NCBI GenBank assembly: GCA_020137815.1
Contig: CM035351.1
Location: forward strand, 2,108,001 to 2,172,000
Direction of reading: 5' to 3'
From: Hormiphora californensis
Taxonomy: Eukaryota; Animalia; Ctenophora
Length of the DNA: 64,000 nt
The notes under the pieces were generated by a model. It was given only the letters and a program-made list of their open reading frames with translations. It had not been told where the DNA came from and did not search any database. Positions 13,586 to 27,334 of the stretch are shown in pieces. The stretch's first letter is position 1. Every line of letters starts with the position of its first letter. A program made the position numbers and the translations under genes.

Positions 13586-14142
13586 TATTTAGTTGCTGTT
13601 GTTGTTGTTGTCCAGTGGGTTCGTGTGTTTGTGTGCGTAATAGTTTGTATTAATTTGTGATAGTCCTTGTGTATCACCTCATGCACGCCCTATTTGTTTA
13701 TCACTTCATCTCACCTGCTGTATTGTAACGGTAACTTCAGTTCACTCTGTACTGTTCATATGAGACTTGCTCCTCTGTACAGTGTTTAGTTTATTATTAA
13801 AGTGCTGATTTATAATTTTATGTTGATTGACGTGTGTGATTTTAGTTTTTACTATATATTTATAATTAACACTATTTATTTTTGTAGCCCGATGAAGAGG
13901 TAGATCCTCGAAACTGGTAGCGTCATTATACCCGTCTGATTCATTTGTCCAGCCACAGAGAGAATAACAAAAACTCTGAATATAAATCAAAATGAATGCA
14001 GTACAAATCTGCTATCGACATTCGACGATGGACAAGCTGTGCCCTGCACCCTAAATCAATAATGTATTTGTATCTACTGCTGCAACTAAAATAACCGGAT
14101 AGGAGCAATACCCGGTAGCAATATACCGTAGAAATGAGCTGT

Positions 14143-14430
<288 letters not shown>

Positions 14431-14776
14431 GGGGGGAGAGTGAGGGGTGCAAGACAAGAATTACGCACAAGATAAAAACGTTAATTAACTTTCTAAGAGA
14501 ACCAGCAAAGGTACAACACGTACATTTACACGCAAACTACTCTGGAAAGTACGGGTAGAGTAGAGAGAGAGATAGAAAGGGGGAAGCAAGATTACAAGTG
14601 CAATTTTAGACGAATTCTTCAACTAAAACGTCGCTTCGAGTTTCAGCCATGTATTTGACCCGAGATTATGTTCCACCAGCTTCAACATGAAGTGATGGTG
14701 CCTTTCTACCTAGGACCATGCAGCGTTTCTCAACGGGTTTTGAATTTAGATATTGGCTTTGTTATATGGTTTTTAT

Positions 14777-14824
14777 GGCTAAAAATGTGTACCCTTGGCG
14801 GCCCAGGGTACACATTTTTAGCCA
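14777..14824. repeat. Short perfect hairpin (~19-20-bp stem)
   Basis: GGCTAAAAATGTGTACCCT ... AGGGTACACATTTTTAGCC. Confidence 0.8.
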
Positions 14825-16032
14825 GGCTTGGCCCCTATAATAGTCACTAGTGCAGCACTGATACTCTTGCTCAAAGCCCATGGGATTTTACAAATGAATT
14901 GTATCCTAGGTACACATGAACTTTATCCTAGGTACTTAGTTGTAAAGACGCAGGTGACAAGGAAGGGTGTTATTGAAAGTAAAATACAAGAGTCAGTAGT
15001 ATGTAGTAGCTATTAATAGCCTAGAAGATAAACAGAGAACCAGAACCCAGTGCACGTGTTTCAACTCACATTACCCGATTGGCTCCAATGCAACCTATTC
15101 TCGCTCCGCGAAGAATAGGCTCCCGGCCCGTGGACAGCAAGAACTCACGTGCGCGCGATGTAAAGCACGTTTTTCAGCAAATCCCGCGCGACAGACTGTT
15201 TTGGGAGACCTTTTTAGCTGACCTAGCACTACTCAAACGTCAATTACCGCCTCATTTCGCATCGTGATGAATCGGCGGGTATTTTCCCATGCTCACAGGG
15301 CCATGACGATTCTCCCAGTACCCGCAGATTGTCCCAGGACCGAGTAGGAGCTTGCAGCCAGGTCTTTAAAGAATTGCCCATGTTTAGAGTCAATTTTGAC
15401 CCACTATTCCTCAAATGCTGATACTCGCGGGTATTTTCCGTAAAACTAGAGACAATTACCTGCCAGGAGCAACAAACGAGATGCAAATCGGTTCAGTAGT
15501 TCCTTGCAGCCAGGTCTTTGAAAAAGTTTGCTCTAAAATCAATAACGGGCCGGAGGCCTAGATGTGAGATCGATCTCGGTCGCTGCGCGACCTCGATCTC
15601 ACTCAGGCATCAATGTGGCCAAATTACCCGACAGGATGTAGCATCATGTTATAGGTCCTTTATTTTCCTGGAGGAATGTTTCACTGATAACAGTGCAGGG
15701 TATTAAATTATAGGCTCCAATATGGCTGCATAATAAGTATATTAGGTTTCTATAATAATCAGCTGCACTGTCTACTCACTTTGTCCGTCAATGGAGAGAT
15801 AAAATTAATTCGACTAAATTATCAACTGGTCGTTGTTCTCGGGGGTTCTATGAGGGTTTACATGTAACTGATCATGATTCCACATGGAGACAACTCATAT
15901 CACGTCCTCTAAATTCACCCTTTTTATTTTGCTCCTTCCTCTCCTCTGATCCATTTCTCCATTTCTCTTTGGCATTATGTGATATATAACAAGGATTCAC
16001 GTTCAAGCTTACTCCTTACATATTCAGTATTG

Positions 16033-16046
16033 GTTGCCATAGCAAC
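16033..16046 (+). promoter_or_regulatory. RFX X-box upstream of the LRR ciliary gene
   Basis: GTTGCCATAGCAAC matches the X-box consensus and lies ~165 bp upstream of the predicted ATG at 16211. Confidence 0.75.
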
Positions 16047-16210
16047 AGTTTACAGGGTAACATCACTCTCTCACTCTCTCTCTCTCTCCCTCATCTTTTC
16101 TCTCTCCCTCCGTATCATTTGAAATACGATATTAGATTTCATTCTCTGTTTGCCTCTTTGCTCCAACTATCCAACAGCTGCACAACTGCTACCCACCCAC
16201 ACACACTACC

Positions 16211-19200
16211 ATGTCCAATAAAACCGGTTCCATTGTGGGAGACAGCCCTGTTCCCGGTGCCCAATCTGTGAGTTGTTGGGAGATGGGGATCGAGATTAAT
16301 GTTGTTGTAGTTCAGTAATTGATGCAGAAAGAGGGAGAGAGAGTTGATGTGGTTAATAAACACTGTTCGTAATAACTATGAGATGAGCAACACATGTGTT
16401 TATGTTATTGGATTTTGGCATACATATACTGTTGTTGTTATTCTGACCATGACATGATCTATCGCATGTCCTTATGATGACTTGTATTGTACCGTGTGGG
16501 GCAATAAAAATGCCCCCCCAAGTCTACCATAGTTCCAGATATCGTGGAGCGCTAAAATTTGGTACAGTAACTCTATGAGACAAATAAATAACTTTGCCAA
16601 AATTTCAGACCTCTAGCTCAAAATTCATTTTTTTGATCGGAATGAACATTGTCATTCATTTCAGGAAAAAATATTTTCCGGTCCAAAATTTAGCTAATTA
16701 TGTTTGGCTATCCATTTGCATTCCAATGGGACCAAGATCAGCTAAATTGGACAAACACAAGAGACACAGTGTCATGTTGCTTTAAGTTAGTCAGGTCATG
16801 TGATCTTCACCGAATCGTTGAGTTTCCGGGATTGCTAATCGGGCCAATGGGCAAAGGAATCTCGTATCATGGCCGCTAATTGGGTATGTGTACCAATACA
16901 GGGTGATGTGATTCGAGGAAAGAGGACATTTATCAAAGAGCTACAGATCTCATGACTAATCAGCATCGTCATCCCTCATTAGCAGATGTGATACGTGATT
17001 CTCTACCACTTAGACCAATTCGTAATACTGAACACGATCAACGATTCAGTGAAGATCACATGACCTGACTAACTTTAAGAAACATGACACTGTGTCTCTT
17101 GTGGTTGTCCAATTTAGCTGATCTTGGTCACATTGGAAAGCTAATCGATAGCCAAACATAATTGGTTAAATTTTGAACCGGAAAATATTTTTCCCTGGAA
17201 TGAATGACAATGTTCATTCCGATCAAAAAAATGAATTTTGAGCTAGAGGTCTGAAATTTTGGTCAAGTTATTTATTTGTCTCATAGAGTTACTGTACCAA
17301 ATTTTAGCGCTCCACGATATCTGGAACTATGGCAGACTTGGGGGGGCATTTTTATTGCCCCACACGGTATCTTGAGCTTTATTATTGTCCCTCTGGATCT
17401 CCGCAAGAGTTTAATTCTAATAAGTACCCCATTTCAGAGTTTTCTTACGGAGATCAGTGACTCAGCGAGTACAGTAACGGACGTGGTAGACAGGTTACGG
17501 GGCCTCGGAACCTTGTATGAAGACGAGGGAGAAAGCCAGTTCACATCGCCCCTCCCACCCCGGGTAGGTACTACCATATATGGTGTGGTGCTACCATATA
17601 TGGCACAGAGCACTACCATACGATTAGCTGGTGGAGTTGTTGTCCAACTGTATTTTTCTCTCATCTTTTAATACTCCTCCTCACTTCCAGTTCCCCCTCT
17701 CTGGGACCATGCTTGAGCTTCTCAAGTAGCTCATGCAGTTTGTGTGTCCATTAGTAATTAGCAAATGTGTTTGAGTGCCCTGAAACTCCCAACTAAGATG
17801 ACATACCCCTGAAATACACGTTCCCACCCTTTCTTAGCATTTAATTTTGATGCAGGTATCATTTCTAACTTCTTATCTCGTTTCACATGTGCACTCCCTG
17901 TTTCAGCCTCCCTCAGAAACTGGATCAGAGTTCGATACAGATTTAGAAGACGAGCCAGAGACAAAGACCGAATATGACTCCTCAGGAATCGATCTCTATC
18001 TTAAGGTTATTTTTAAACATAACATAGGAATATAAATTTAGGAAAGTAATTTAAGTTTAGAAACTTCAAAAGTTTTGACAGGACGAACCGCACACGAAGA
18101 AAGCATCGACGTTCATATTTAATTTCCGTTCCCGTTTATTCTTTAGTTCCCTATTATATAATACGATCTTTCCTATGTATTATGTACTGATGATTGGTGC
18201 CTCCTCGTGGGGCATCATGAAACATGTGTATAGACCTTAAAAACTTCTGTTGTTTTTAATTTGTATTATGCAAAATGCTAAAACATAAATTCCAGTCTGG
18301 CGGCTGTCAAACCGGGAATGCGTAGCACAGCACATATGCTCCTCCGTCTAACTACATAATTACAATTAAATTAAATTACAATTAAATTTTAGATCTGCGA
18401 AGGAATGACGATGAGGCCGGTTTCCCAGTTTATGCGACAGACCAAGAATCCCTACCTGTCCCTCAAGTACCAGTCACTAGGATGCAAGAATACAGTGGCT
18501 ATCACACGGGCCCTTGCAGTAAGTAAATGGGGTAACAACCTGGCCCAGGAGTTAAGTCACTTGACACTGTGATTTAGAATAAAAAGAAATTATGAATAAT
18601 TCAACCCAGGAGTATCTTACACGAGAGGGGAAATGACGGCATTTGGAGCTGTGTAGCTTCTATTCCCTAACCCCAGTAACATCCCTAAGTAACCTCCCTC
18701 GCCCCAGTAACCTCCCTAACCTCCCCTCTTCTTCTCCAGTAACCTCCCTAACCTCCCCTCTTCTTCTCCAGTAACCTCCCTAACCTCCCCTCTTCTTCTC
18801 CAGTAACCTCCCTAACCTCCCCTCTTCTTCCCCAGTAACCTCCCTAACCTCCCCTCTTCTTCTCCAGTAACCTCCCTAACCTCCCCTCTTCTTCTCCAGT
18901 AACCTCCCTAACCTCCCCTCTTCTTCTCCAGTAACCTCCCTAACCTCCCCTCTTCTTCTCCAGTAACCTCCCTAACCTCCCCTCTTCTTCTCCAGTAACC
19001 TCCCTAACCTCCCCTCTTCTTCTCCAGTAACCTCCCTAACCTCCCCTCTTCTTCTCCAGTAACCTCCCTAACCTCCCCTCTTCTTCTCCAGTAACCTCCC
19101 TAACCTCCCCTCTTCTTCTCCAGTAACCTCCCTAACCTCCCCTCTTCTTCTCCAGTAACCTCCCTAACCTCCCCTCTTCTTCTCCAGTAACCTCCCTAAC

Positions 19201-22200
19201 CTCCCCTCTTCTTCTCCAGTAACCTCCCTAACCTCCCCTCTTCTTCTCCAGTAACCTCCCTAACCTCCCCTCTTCTTCTCCAGTAACCTCCCTAACCTCC
19301 CCTCTTCTTCTCCAGTAACCTCCCTAACCTCCCCTCTTCTTCTCCAGTAACCTCCCTAACCTCCCCTCTTCTTCTCCAGTAACCTCCCTAACCTCCCCTC
19401 TTCTTCTCCAGTAACCTCCCTAACCTCCCCTCTTCTTCTCCAGTAACCTCCCTAACCTCCCCTCTTCTTCTCCAGTAACCTCCCTAACCTCCCCTCTTCT
19501 TCTCCAGTAACCTCCCTAACCTCCCCTCTTCTTCCCCAGTAACCTCCCTAACCTCCCCTCTTCTTCCCCAGTAACCTCCCTAACCTCCCCTCTTCTTCCC
19601 CAGTAACCTCCCTAACCTCCCCTCTTCTTCTCCAGTAACCTCCCTAACCTCCCCTCTTATTCTCCAGTAACCTCCCTAACCTCCCCTCTTCTTCTCCAGT
19701 AACCTCCCCTCTTCTTCTCCAGTAACCTCCCTAACCTCCCCTCTTCTTCCCCAGTAACCTCCCTAACCTCCCCTCTTCTTCCCCAGTAACCTCCCTAACC
19801 TCCCCTCTTCTTCTCCAGTAACCTCCCTAACCTCCCCTCTTCTCCTCCAGTAACCTCCCTAACCCCCCTCTTCTCCCCCAGAGTAACACGCACGTGGAGA
19901 GGTTGGATCTCTCAGATGCTGATATCGGGTGTGACGGAATGATTAGTGTGGCCAATATGCTGACAGAGAACTACTTTATTACCGATCTCAGTGAGTTGAA
20001 ACAACAACAGTTCAAACTGGGACAACGCTAAAACAATTTATTCACTCAAAAGTGGTTGAACAGAGCAACAAGCATTCATGCTATAATGGCACCCTGCTAT
20101 CTCTCTCTCCTAGTTAAAGTAACGATCTCACCTCACCACCACATGCACCTTCATTGAATTAATTATTAATTAGCATGACATGTGAAACTGCACTACATAC
20201 CGCCTTAATTAAACAGCTACTGAGTACGTGAAGCAGTTCTTAGAGACACATTCATGCCGGAAACAATTCCATATTTCTCCAGAATTACGGCAGGGGCCGT
20301 TTTCGAACCGACAGATATTTAGTAGCCCTTTCCCACTCTCTGTTCCCTCTCTGCTACCCTATCCCCCTAACACACTACTCCCCTGCTCAAATCCCCCTAA
20401 CACTACTCCCCTAATCTCAGATCTAAAGGACAACAAGATTGGAGATAGTGGTGTTACTTCGCTGTGTAGAGTCCTCTCAGATCACTCCTATGTGAAGAGG
20501 CTGAACCTCTCTGGGAACGGTCTGGGGAACGGTGCTGCTAACCTAGTCTCGGAGATGCTACAACAAAATTACACTCTTAGTTCCCTGAACCTGTGTAACA
20601 ACCACATCTCGTGAGTCTTAGTTCCCTGAACCTGTGTAACAAGCACATCTCGTGAGTCTTAGTTCCCTGAACCTGTGTAACAACCACATCTCGTGAGTCT
20701 TAGTTCCCTGAACCTGTGTAACAACCACATCTCGTGAGTCTTAGTTCCCTGAACCTGTGTAACAACCACATCTCGTGAGTCTTAGTTCCCTGAACCTGTG
20801 TAACAACCACATCTCGTGAGTCTTAGTTCCCTGAACCTGTGTAACAACCACATCTCGTGAGTCTTAGTTCCCTGAACCTGTGTAACAACCACATCTCGTG
20901 AGTCTTAGTTCCCTGAACCTGTGTAACAACCACATCTCGTGAGTCTTAGTTCCCTGAACCTGTGTAACAACCACTGAACCTGTGTAACAACCACATCTCG
21001 TGAGTCTTAGTTCCCTGAACCTGTGTAACAACCACATCTCGTGAGTCTTAGTTCCCTGAACCTGTGTAACAACCACATCTCGTGAGTCTTAGTTCCCTGA
21101 ACCTGTGTAACAACCACATCTCGTGAGTCTTAGTTCCCTGAACCTGTGTAACAACCACATCTCGTGAGTCTTAGTTCCCTGAACCTGTGTAACAACCACA
21201 TCTCGTGAGTCTTAGTTCCCTGAACCTGTGTAACAACCACATCTCGTGAGTCTTAGTTCCCTGAACCTGTGTAACAACCACATCTCGTGAGTCTTAGTTC
21301 CCTGAACCTGTGTAACAACCACATCTCGTGAGTCTTAGTTCCCTGAACCTGTGTAACAACCACATCTCGTGAGTTATGTAGGGTGAGCGGAGCCACTGAC
21401 TTTAAAATGCTACTGCTAGGCGCCTCAAGGGTACCTAATAGGTACTACCTATAGACCTTCCCTCGACCCTCGAGTGTGCTCTGTGATTTTCCGGTCCAAT
21501 AAACCTAGCTCAAACTGTGAGACCAACCTATTTTATCACCCTAACAGCTGCTCTCATTCAGGTGTGTAGGAGCTAAAGCGCTGGCAAGTGCCCTGGTTGG
21601 GAATGATACCCTCTCAGATGTTGACCTCAGCAGTAACCGGATATCAAGAAAGGGTAGTGAGAGTTTGGGTAAAATGGTAGCCGTAAATAGTGGACTACTT
21701 TCTCTTAACTTGAGGAGTAACGGCCTCGATACAGCAGTGAGTTGTTGGATATTTATTGACATGGACCCGTGTTACGCAAGTAACATGCACAGTTTTCAAC
21801 AATTTTGCTGAATGGGATACTTGTTACAGATCGTTATCTCATCATTAGTATAATAGGACTCAAAGTTAACTCACTTAAACCTTGTCATACAAACTGACTG
21901 TAAAATGGTAGCCGGCCCGGTTACTGGTTAGGAGAGTGCGGTGTGAGACAAGCTCAACCTGTTTTATCCTGACTATATCTCCATCTCAGGGGGCGAATAG
22001 TTTTATAAAGGCAATCAAGCAAAATGGCACCTTGTTAAATCTAGATATAACGTGAGTTATCAAAATTTTAGATATATTTTGAATATGTACCGACCATCTC
22101 TAATCATCTTCCTCGCATTTCAACTGCAACATGTTCCCCTCCCATGATCCCCTCCCTTTTTCTCAGAAACACGAGGTTTCCTGGAAAACTCTCGAAGGAG

Positions 22201-24173
22201 CTAGCCAAATCACTCACGGTCAATGAGACCTTAAAGATCCTCAGACTGGGACGGAACCCCTTCAGAGAGGAGGAGCTAGAAGTGTTAGTGGCAAGTTTAG
22301 CGGCCTGTCAGAGCTCAGGCCTCCATATCATAGGGCTTGAGGTTAGTGTTGCTGATGTGGTAAATTATATTCTACTTTTATAGTTGGTTAACTGTGTAAA
22401 CTTGTTGAGTAATGTCAATGAGTGTAAACCCCGGGGTGAACAGTGTTTACTAAACACTCAAAAACTGTAAGAGTTTATCACTTTACCTCGATTAAAACTG
22501 TAAGCCCATATTCCAGGATTTGTCTGTTAGTAAGAGACTCTACGAGCGGTTACAAGAGTTCGAGAGAGACAGTGGGGTGGTCATCCATTACGGACATTCG
22601 GGGGGCTACCAGAGGGGCAATCCTATGTCAGGGTAAGTGTTTACCCTCAACAGGGCGAGTGTGACTGCAGTAGTTTTCATTGTAAATTTCAGCAATACTC
22701 AACAGTCAACAGTTTTTACTATAAATGAATACTGTTCATGTTCAGTAGGTATTGAAGGTTTACAATTACAGATTTGTATAATATCTCCCTCCCCTCAGGC
22801 AGGCCCTGTTCCTCGAGGAGTTCATTATCACGAACCTATCAAAACTAGTTCCACTCTTTGTAGCGAGGAGCGGGGATACTGTTACCGTGTCTCAGTTCAA
22901 GGAGGTTTTATTGGAAGCTGAAATACCCCTCAGTGAGGTAACTGCATCATGTACAACTAATGGGGAGGGGAAAGGTGGATGGGGTTAATAAAGGAATATG
23001 GGGGTTGTGAGTGAGGGGTGATTGGGCACTAAAATATTTGATCCGGATGTATGTTGACTGTACAGGGTGTTCATTTTGGATCTTTACAAGCGTTGGGCTT
23101 CACCCAGAAAAAAGTTGACAAGATTAGGTCATTAAACTTCATACTTGGACTATTCTATACCCTCATTCAAGGTTCCTGGGGGTTTTGGAGCTTTAGGACC
23201 CTGGGAAGTGTGTTTTTGGCATCAAAACTACCAGAAGGAATTTTTTTGGTGGTGCTGAGACTTTGCTAAAATGTTTTTTGGGTATTTTCTATGTCAATCC
23301 TAAAGTTTCATAGAGATTGGATGTGTTTTTCAGACTCAAAATTTCGTAAAAAGTGGCTGGAAAGACTCAATTTTAGCCGTTTTTGAGCTGTTTTCGAGCC
23401 TTTTCAGCCACGTTTATCGAAATTTTGAGTCCGAAACACACATCCAATCTCTATGAAACTTTAGGACATAGAAAATACCCAAAAAACATTTTAGCAAAGT
23501 CTCAGCACCAGCAAAAAAATTCCTTCTGGTAGTTTTGATGCCAAAAACACACTTCCCGGGGTGCTAGAGCTCCAAAACCCCAAGGAACCTTGAATGAGGG
23601 TATAGAATGGTCCAAGTATGAAGTTTCATGACCTGATCTTGTCAACTTCTCTCTGGGTGAAGGCCAACGCTTGTAAAGATCCAAAATGAACACCCAGTAT
23701 TATTATCTAAGGTGTTTCATAATTGCTGCCGGTCGTAAGAAGACGAATTGTTGCAACACAGCATTCTCAATAAATTCTCTGGAAGTTGATAATTCCCTAG
23801 AACTTCTAGTAGTAGTGTTCAAACTAGAAAACCATTAAGATGTCACCATGAGACACCGCACCGTCACCACGTGATAATGTTGCTATGAAATCGTTACCAC
23901 ATAACCCCCACTTTACTAAACAACTACCATATATCAGGTCGACGTTCAGAAGCTGCTGGACAGATTCAACTTTCCAGAGGGGATCGTGCCCGTTAGGTAT
24001 GTCTTTTCAATTCAATTTTATTTGTCCTACTGTTGAAGAAATAATCTATCTATTTTTTTAAATTGATCATTAACTCGATTCCTTCTTAAAAAACTCAGGC
24101 TCCACATCTTTTTCCTTTCAGGAAGTTATTGAAAGGAAAGATAGCTGTTAACTTAATGGAATACAAGAAGTGA
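16211..24173 (+). CDS. LRRC74-like leucine-rich repeat (RI-type) ciliary protein, ~13 exons
   Basis: Phase-consistent exons 16211-16267, 17438-17563, 17907-18005 (EFDTDLE...GIDLYLK), 18393-18518, 19882-19990 (LTENYFITDL), 20421-20610, 21562-21737, 21990-22051, 22167-22341, ~22517-22632, ~22799-22937, ~23938-23996, 24122-24173; LxLxxNxIGxxG repeats. Confidence 0.8.
16492..17367. mobile_element. Non-autonomous Tc1/mariner-type element (MITE) with ~330-bp TIRs
   Basis: TA|CCGTGTGGGGCAATAAAAATG ... CATTTTTATTGCCCCACACGG|TA. Confidence 0.88.
18181..18265 (+). ncRNA. Minimal hammerhead-like motif, probable relic of a second PLE family
   Basis: CTGATGA (18187) - stem TGCCTC/GGGGCA - GAAAC-ATGT-GTA with palindromic ACATGT; the downstream tail recurs inverted at ~31733-31779. 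Confidence 0.55.
18700..19881 (+). repeat. 32-bp minisatellite (~36 copies) made of a 3' splice-site cassette
   Basis: Unit TAACCTCCCTAACCTCCCCTCTTCTTCTCCAG; the array ends at the true acceptor CAG|AGTAAC (19881). Confidence 0.92.
20576..21374 (+). repeat. 41-bp minisatellite (~19 copies) made of an exon end plus 5' splice donor
   Basis: Unit CTTAGTTCCCTGAACCTGTGTAACAACCACATCTC|GTGAGT; the first copy is the real exon end. Confidence 0.92.
23063..23697. mobile_element. Palindromic Tc1/mariner-type MITE
   Basis: TA|CAGGGTGTTCATTTTGGATC ... GATCCAAAATGAACACCCAG|TA; the arms cover nearly the whole element. Confidence 0.88.
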
Positions 24174-24719
24174 TGCTGCTAATAATGTTTAAATATAGCG
24201 ACTATTATAAAATGCAACTTCACCATGAAATTGAACTTGGGAATGGGATTGAGACGATTAATAGGACGAGAATATGTTGAACAAACGGTTTATTTATATT
24301 GTGTACAGAGAGTTTATTGTTTATTTGCTTTGAATGTTTAAAAAACGGTCGTTTTACATTTTATGGATATGGGTTTTTTAGGTGTCCATGTCCTTTGCGT
24401 CGTCGCTCGGAAATGATCTTCCATGCGCCTGCGGAAATATAATTTCTGTGATGCTCTAATACGCCGCGCTAATATTTTAAGCGCGCGCGTTTAAAACTGA
24501 AAATAAAAGTTGGGTTTTTCTTTTTAACATTTTAAGTTTTTTTTGGATTTTGGAACTTCTTTTGGGTTGGCTCATTTTCATACACTTATGGGTGCCACAA
24601 CCTATTACCTATACGGGTCGAATTACAAACGCAAGATGGAACTAGAAAGATGGCGGGAATATCAAATGTTTGTGATGATGATGTGTTATATCATCTTGCA
24701 ATAATAATCGGAAATCCTT

Positions 24720-24877
24720 GGTATAGAACTAACCGCTTTTGAAACGAGAGTTAGTGAGACGAAGTCCGCACCAAGTGATGCAAGTAGTCAAGACCTAACA
24801 GAACTCGTGTTGTTCTTTAAAATATGGACAATGAAAAGCGGACAATAAATGTATATTTGTATTTGTATTTGTATTTC
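24720..24877 (+). mobile_element. 3' end of an L2-like LINE or SINE
   Basis: CCGCTTTT...AAAAGCGG stem, AATAAA and a (TATTTG)n tail; same architecture as 63845-63976. Confidence 0.55.
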
Positions 24878-25118
24878 AAAGTATAACATCTGCAAATTCA
24901 GCAGCCGGGTCACCCAGCACCCCCCCCCCCTCTGTCTCACAGTGGTGCTCCGTCATATTGGCCGCCCACACAGCGCCGCCCAAAGCGTTGTCCAGTGTCC
25001 ACGACGTCTAAGAAGCACGTGGACAACTCTTTGGGCGAAGCTTTATGTGGGCGGCCAATATGACTGAGTACCACTGCCATCTGGTAATGGGCAATGGTAC
25101 ACCATTACAATAGGTATC

Positions 25119-27265
25119 ATGACAACGGAAGCACAGCTGGATAAACTCCAAGAACGGGTCACTCAGATCAAGGAATGGCTCCCTCAGGTGAAACACATTC
25201 ATGGGATGATAACATTAAAGTCACATTAACAACCATTCACAAAGTGAAAGTATTAACTATTAACAAGTTAATCATTCACAAGACATGGTATAAAATTTTA
25301 TTGATTATTTTGACACCAGTCCTATCCGGCAGATGATAAATAACGATGTATTGTTTGCCTACAAAACATTCCCCTCTATGAAAACAGGTGGGAAAATATC
25401 TAGTTCAGATTAGATTTTATTTACAGTCAGACTGTCAGAGCTTTTTTATTATTTTTTTGATTTATCGAGTTCCTATATTTCTTCAGAGGTAACTACTCTC
25501 CGCGAAGAAAACAAGAGGTTGAGGGGAGAGCTGTCAAGGTGGCAAAACAAATGCAAAGTGGCAGAGAATTACCTATCTTCCGAAAAACAGGGACACAGAG
25601 AGACACAGGTAACACACGTGTAGTCGAATGTTGCTATGTTCTAACCCTCCCTTTCGGGGCGCCCGAAACACAGTCTAGCCAGGCAAGTCGAATGCTGGTA
25701 TTTTCAGTGTTGTTCAAACAGTGTGACCACTGTTATCTTACAACTTATAAAAAGCTAGATATTAGATTTAATATATATCTGAGTTAACTTATTTGGGAGC
25801 ATTGTTCAATCGATTTTATTTATGGGCATCTTTTTTTCAAACCCAGAGGAGGGTAGAGAAGTTCGAACAAGGCAAGCGCAAGGGCATCTAAATATTTTGT
25901 TCGTATAATATAATAATATATGTATTGCCAAGTTAGACTGTTATTCGTACGAGTTTGTACAAAACAAATAATATAAGGGAGCGTGTTACACAATCCCAAA
26001 AATTTGTAGTTTAGGTGACATCTTGCTCTCCTCCAATCATTCGTTAGAAGAGAACAAACTTTTGTTCCACGGCTTGGTACAGACTCCAGTCACAGTCTTG
26101 ACTCTTGGGTCTTACAGTCTTGTCCATAAGCCTTCATAGAACTTCACTCTTCAGCGATGTTTGACAAACATTGTTTGTAATTGTCGTTTTTCAAAAGTTT
26201 TTCAAAACTAAAGGAGCATTAGAATGTATTAATGAGTAGTTAATTTAGGGTGTGCTATTTTTCCCAACTCATAAATCAAATCCAATTTTCACATAGTTTA
26301 CCCCTAGAATGAGTTCCTACGATCATTCTACAACATTTGGTGAAAAAATTTTAGTCCTAACCTGGCCCAATTACGTGGGCCGATGTATGCCCATATATGG
26401 GCATATTCATATCAAAAAATTTTTTTGGGGCTTTATTTCGAAAAAACCACACATATGAATCGCCTCATGAGACTCAGTACAACCATTATTTCCAGTCTGC
26501 ACCTTCAGAACTCCATTTTATAATGAAAAATTTATTTTTTTTCATCTTTTTTTCTTGCACATTTTCCTACTTTGTAGAATTAGTGGAGACGAATTTTAAC
26601 TTTTTGAGATTTTATTTGTCGGAATGCAAATTCCGGTTGTAACCGACTAATTTTGACCTGCTGAACACGATCCCGTTCAAGAAAAAGCTCTCAAAATTGA
26701 AGAAAATGACCAAAATGAACATTTTTAGTCAAAAATGAACATTTTTGGTCAAAAATGAACATTTTCAGGTCAAAAATGAACTTTGGCTAACTTTCATGAT
26801 ACACATCCATTCTGATCGGTATCAAACCGCTGAACACGACCCTGTCTATAAAAAGTTGATATCAAGAACATGCCAAACACTAGTGTAAAACACACATATT
26901 TTCCTTTTTTCGGTAAAAAAGTAAACTTTTTTAATCGCCTGGCCCACGTAATTGACATACACTACCCCAATTCCGTTTTCAGGATTTAGTAAACAATTGT
27001 CCATAGTTTCATATCTACCCTTAACCTATTGGCCAAGTCGACAAAATTTTCACTTAGCACACCATAGTAGTTATAGAGAAAACTATGGTCTAGGGAATAG
27101 GAATGGAATCTGTTTGTTACTTCAGGGGTGGCTTTGGAACCCGCCCAACGTAAGTTCCATTTCTTTATTCATTTATAATAGTAGTCACAGGGATTCACGT
27201 TCAAGCTTGCATATATAATATATTCATCATGGGTTACCATAGCAACAGTTAACTTCACAGGACAA

Positions 27266-27334
<69 letters not shown>

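Larger units (their letters stand above)
7778..13983 (+). mobile_element. Penelope-like element: inverted 5'-truncated copy + pseudo-LTR + full-length unit
   Basis: 7778-~9926 is the reverse complement of the 3' part of the unit plus the first ~45 nt of the ORF start; ~9926-10804 is a direct repeat of 13109-13983; 12-bp TSD TAAATCAAAATG at 7767-7778 and 13983-13994. Confidence 0.95.

Noticed and set aside
20576-21374. CRISPR-like regular array
   Set aside because: Units are contiguous with no unique spacers, derive from an exon end, and the DNA is eukaryotic with no cas genes.
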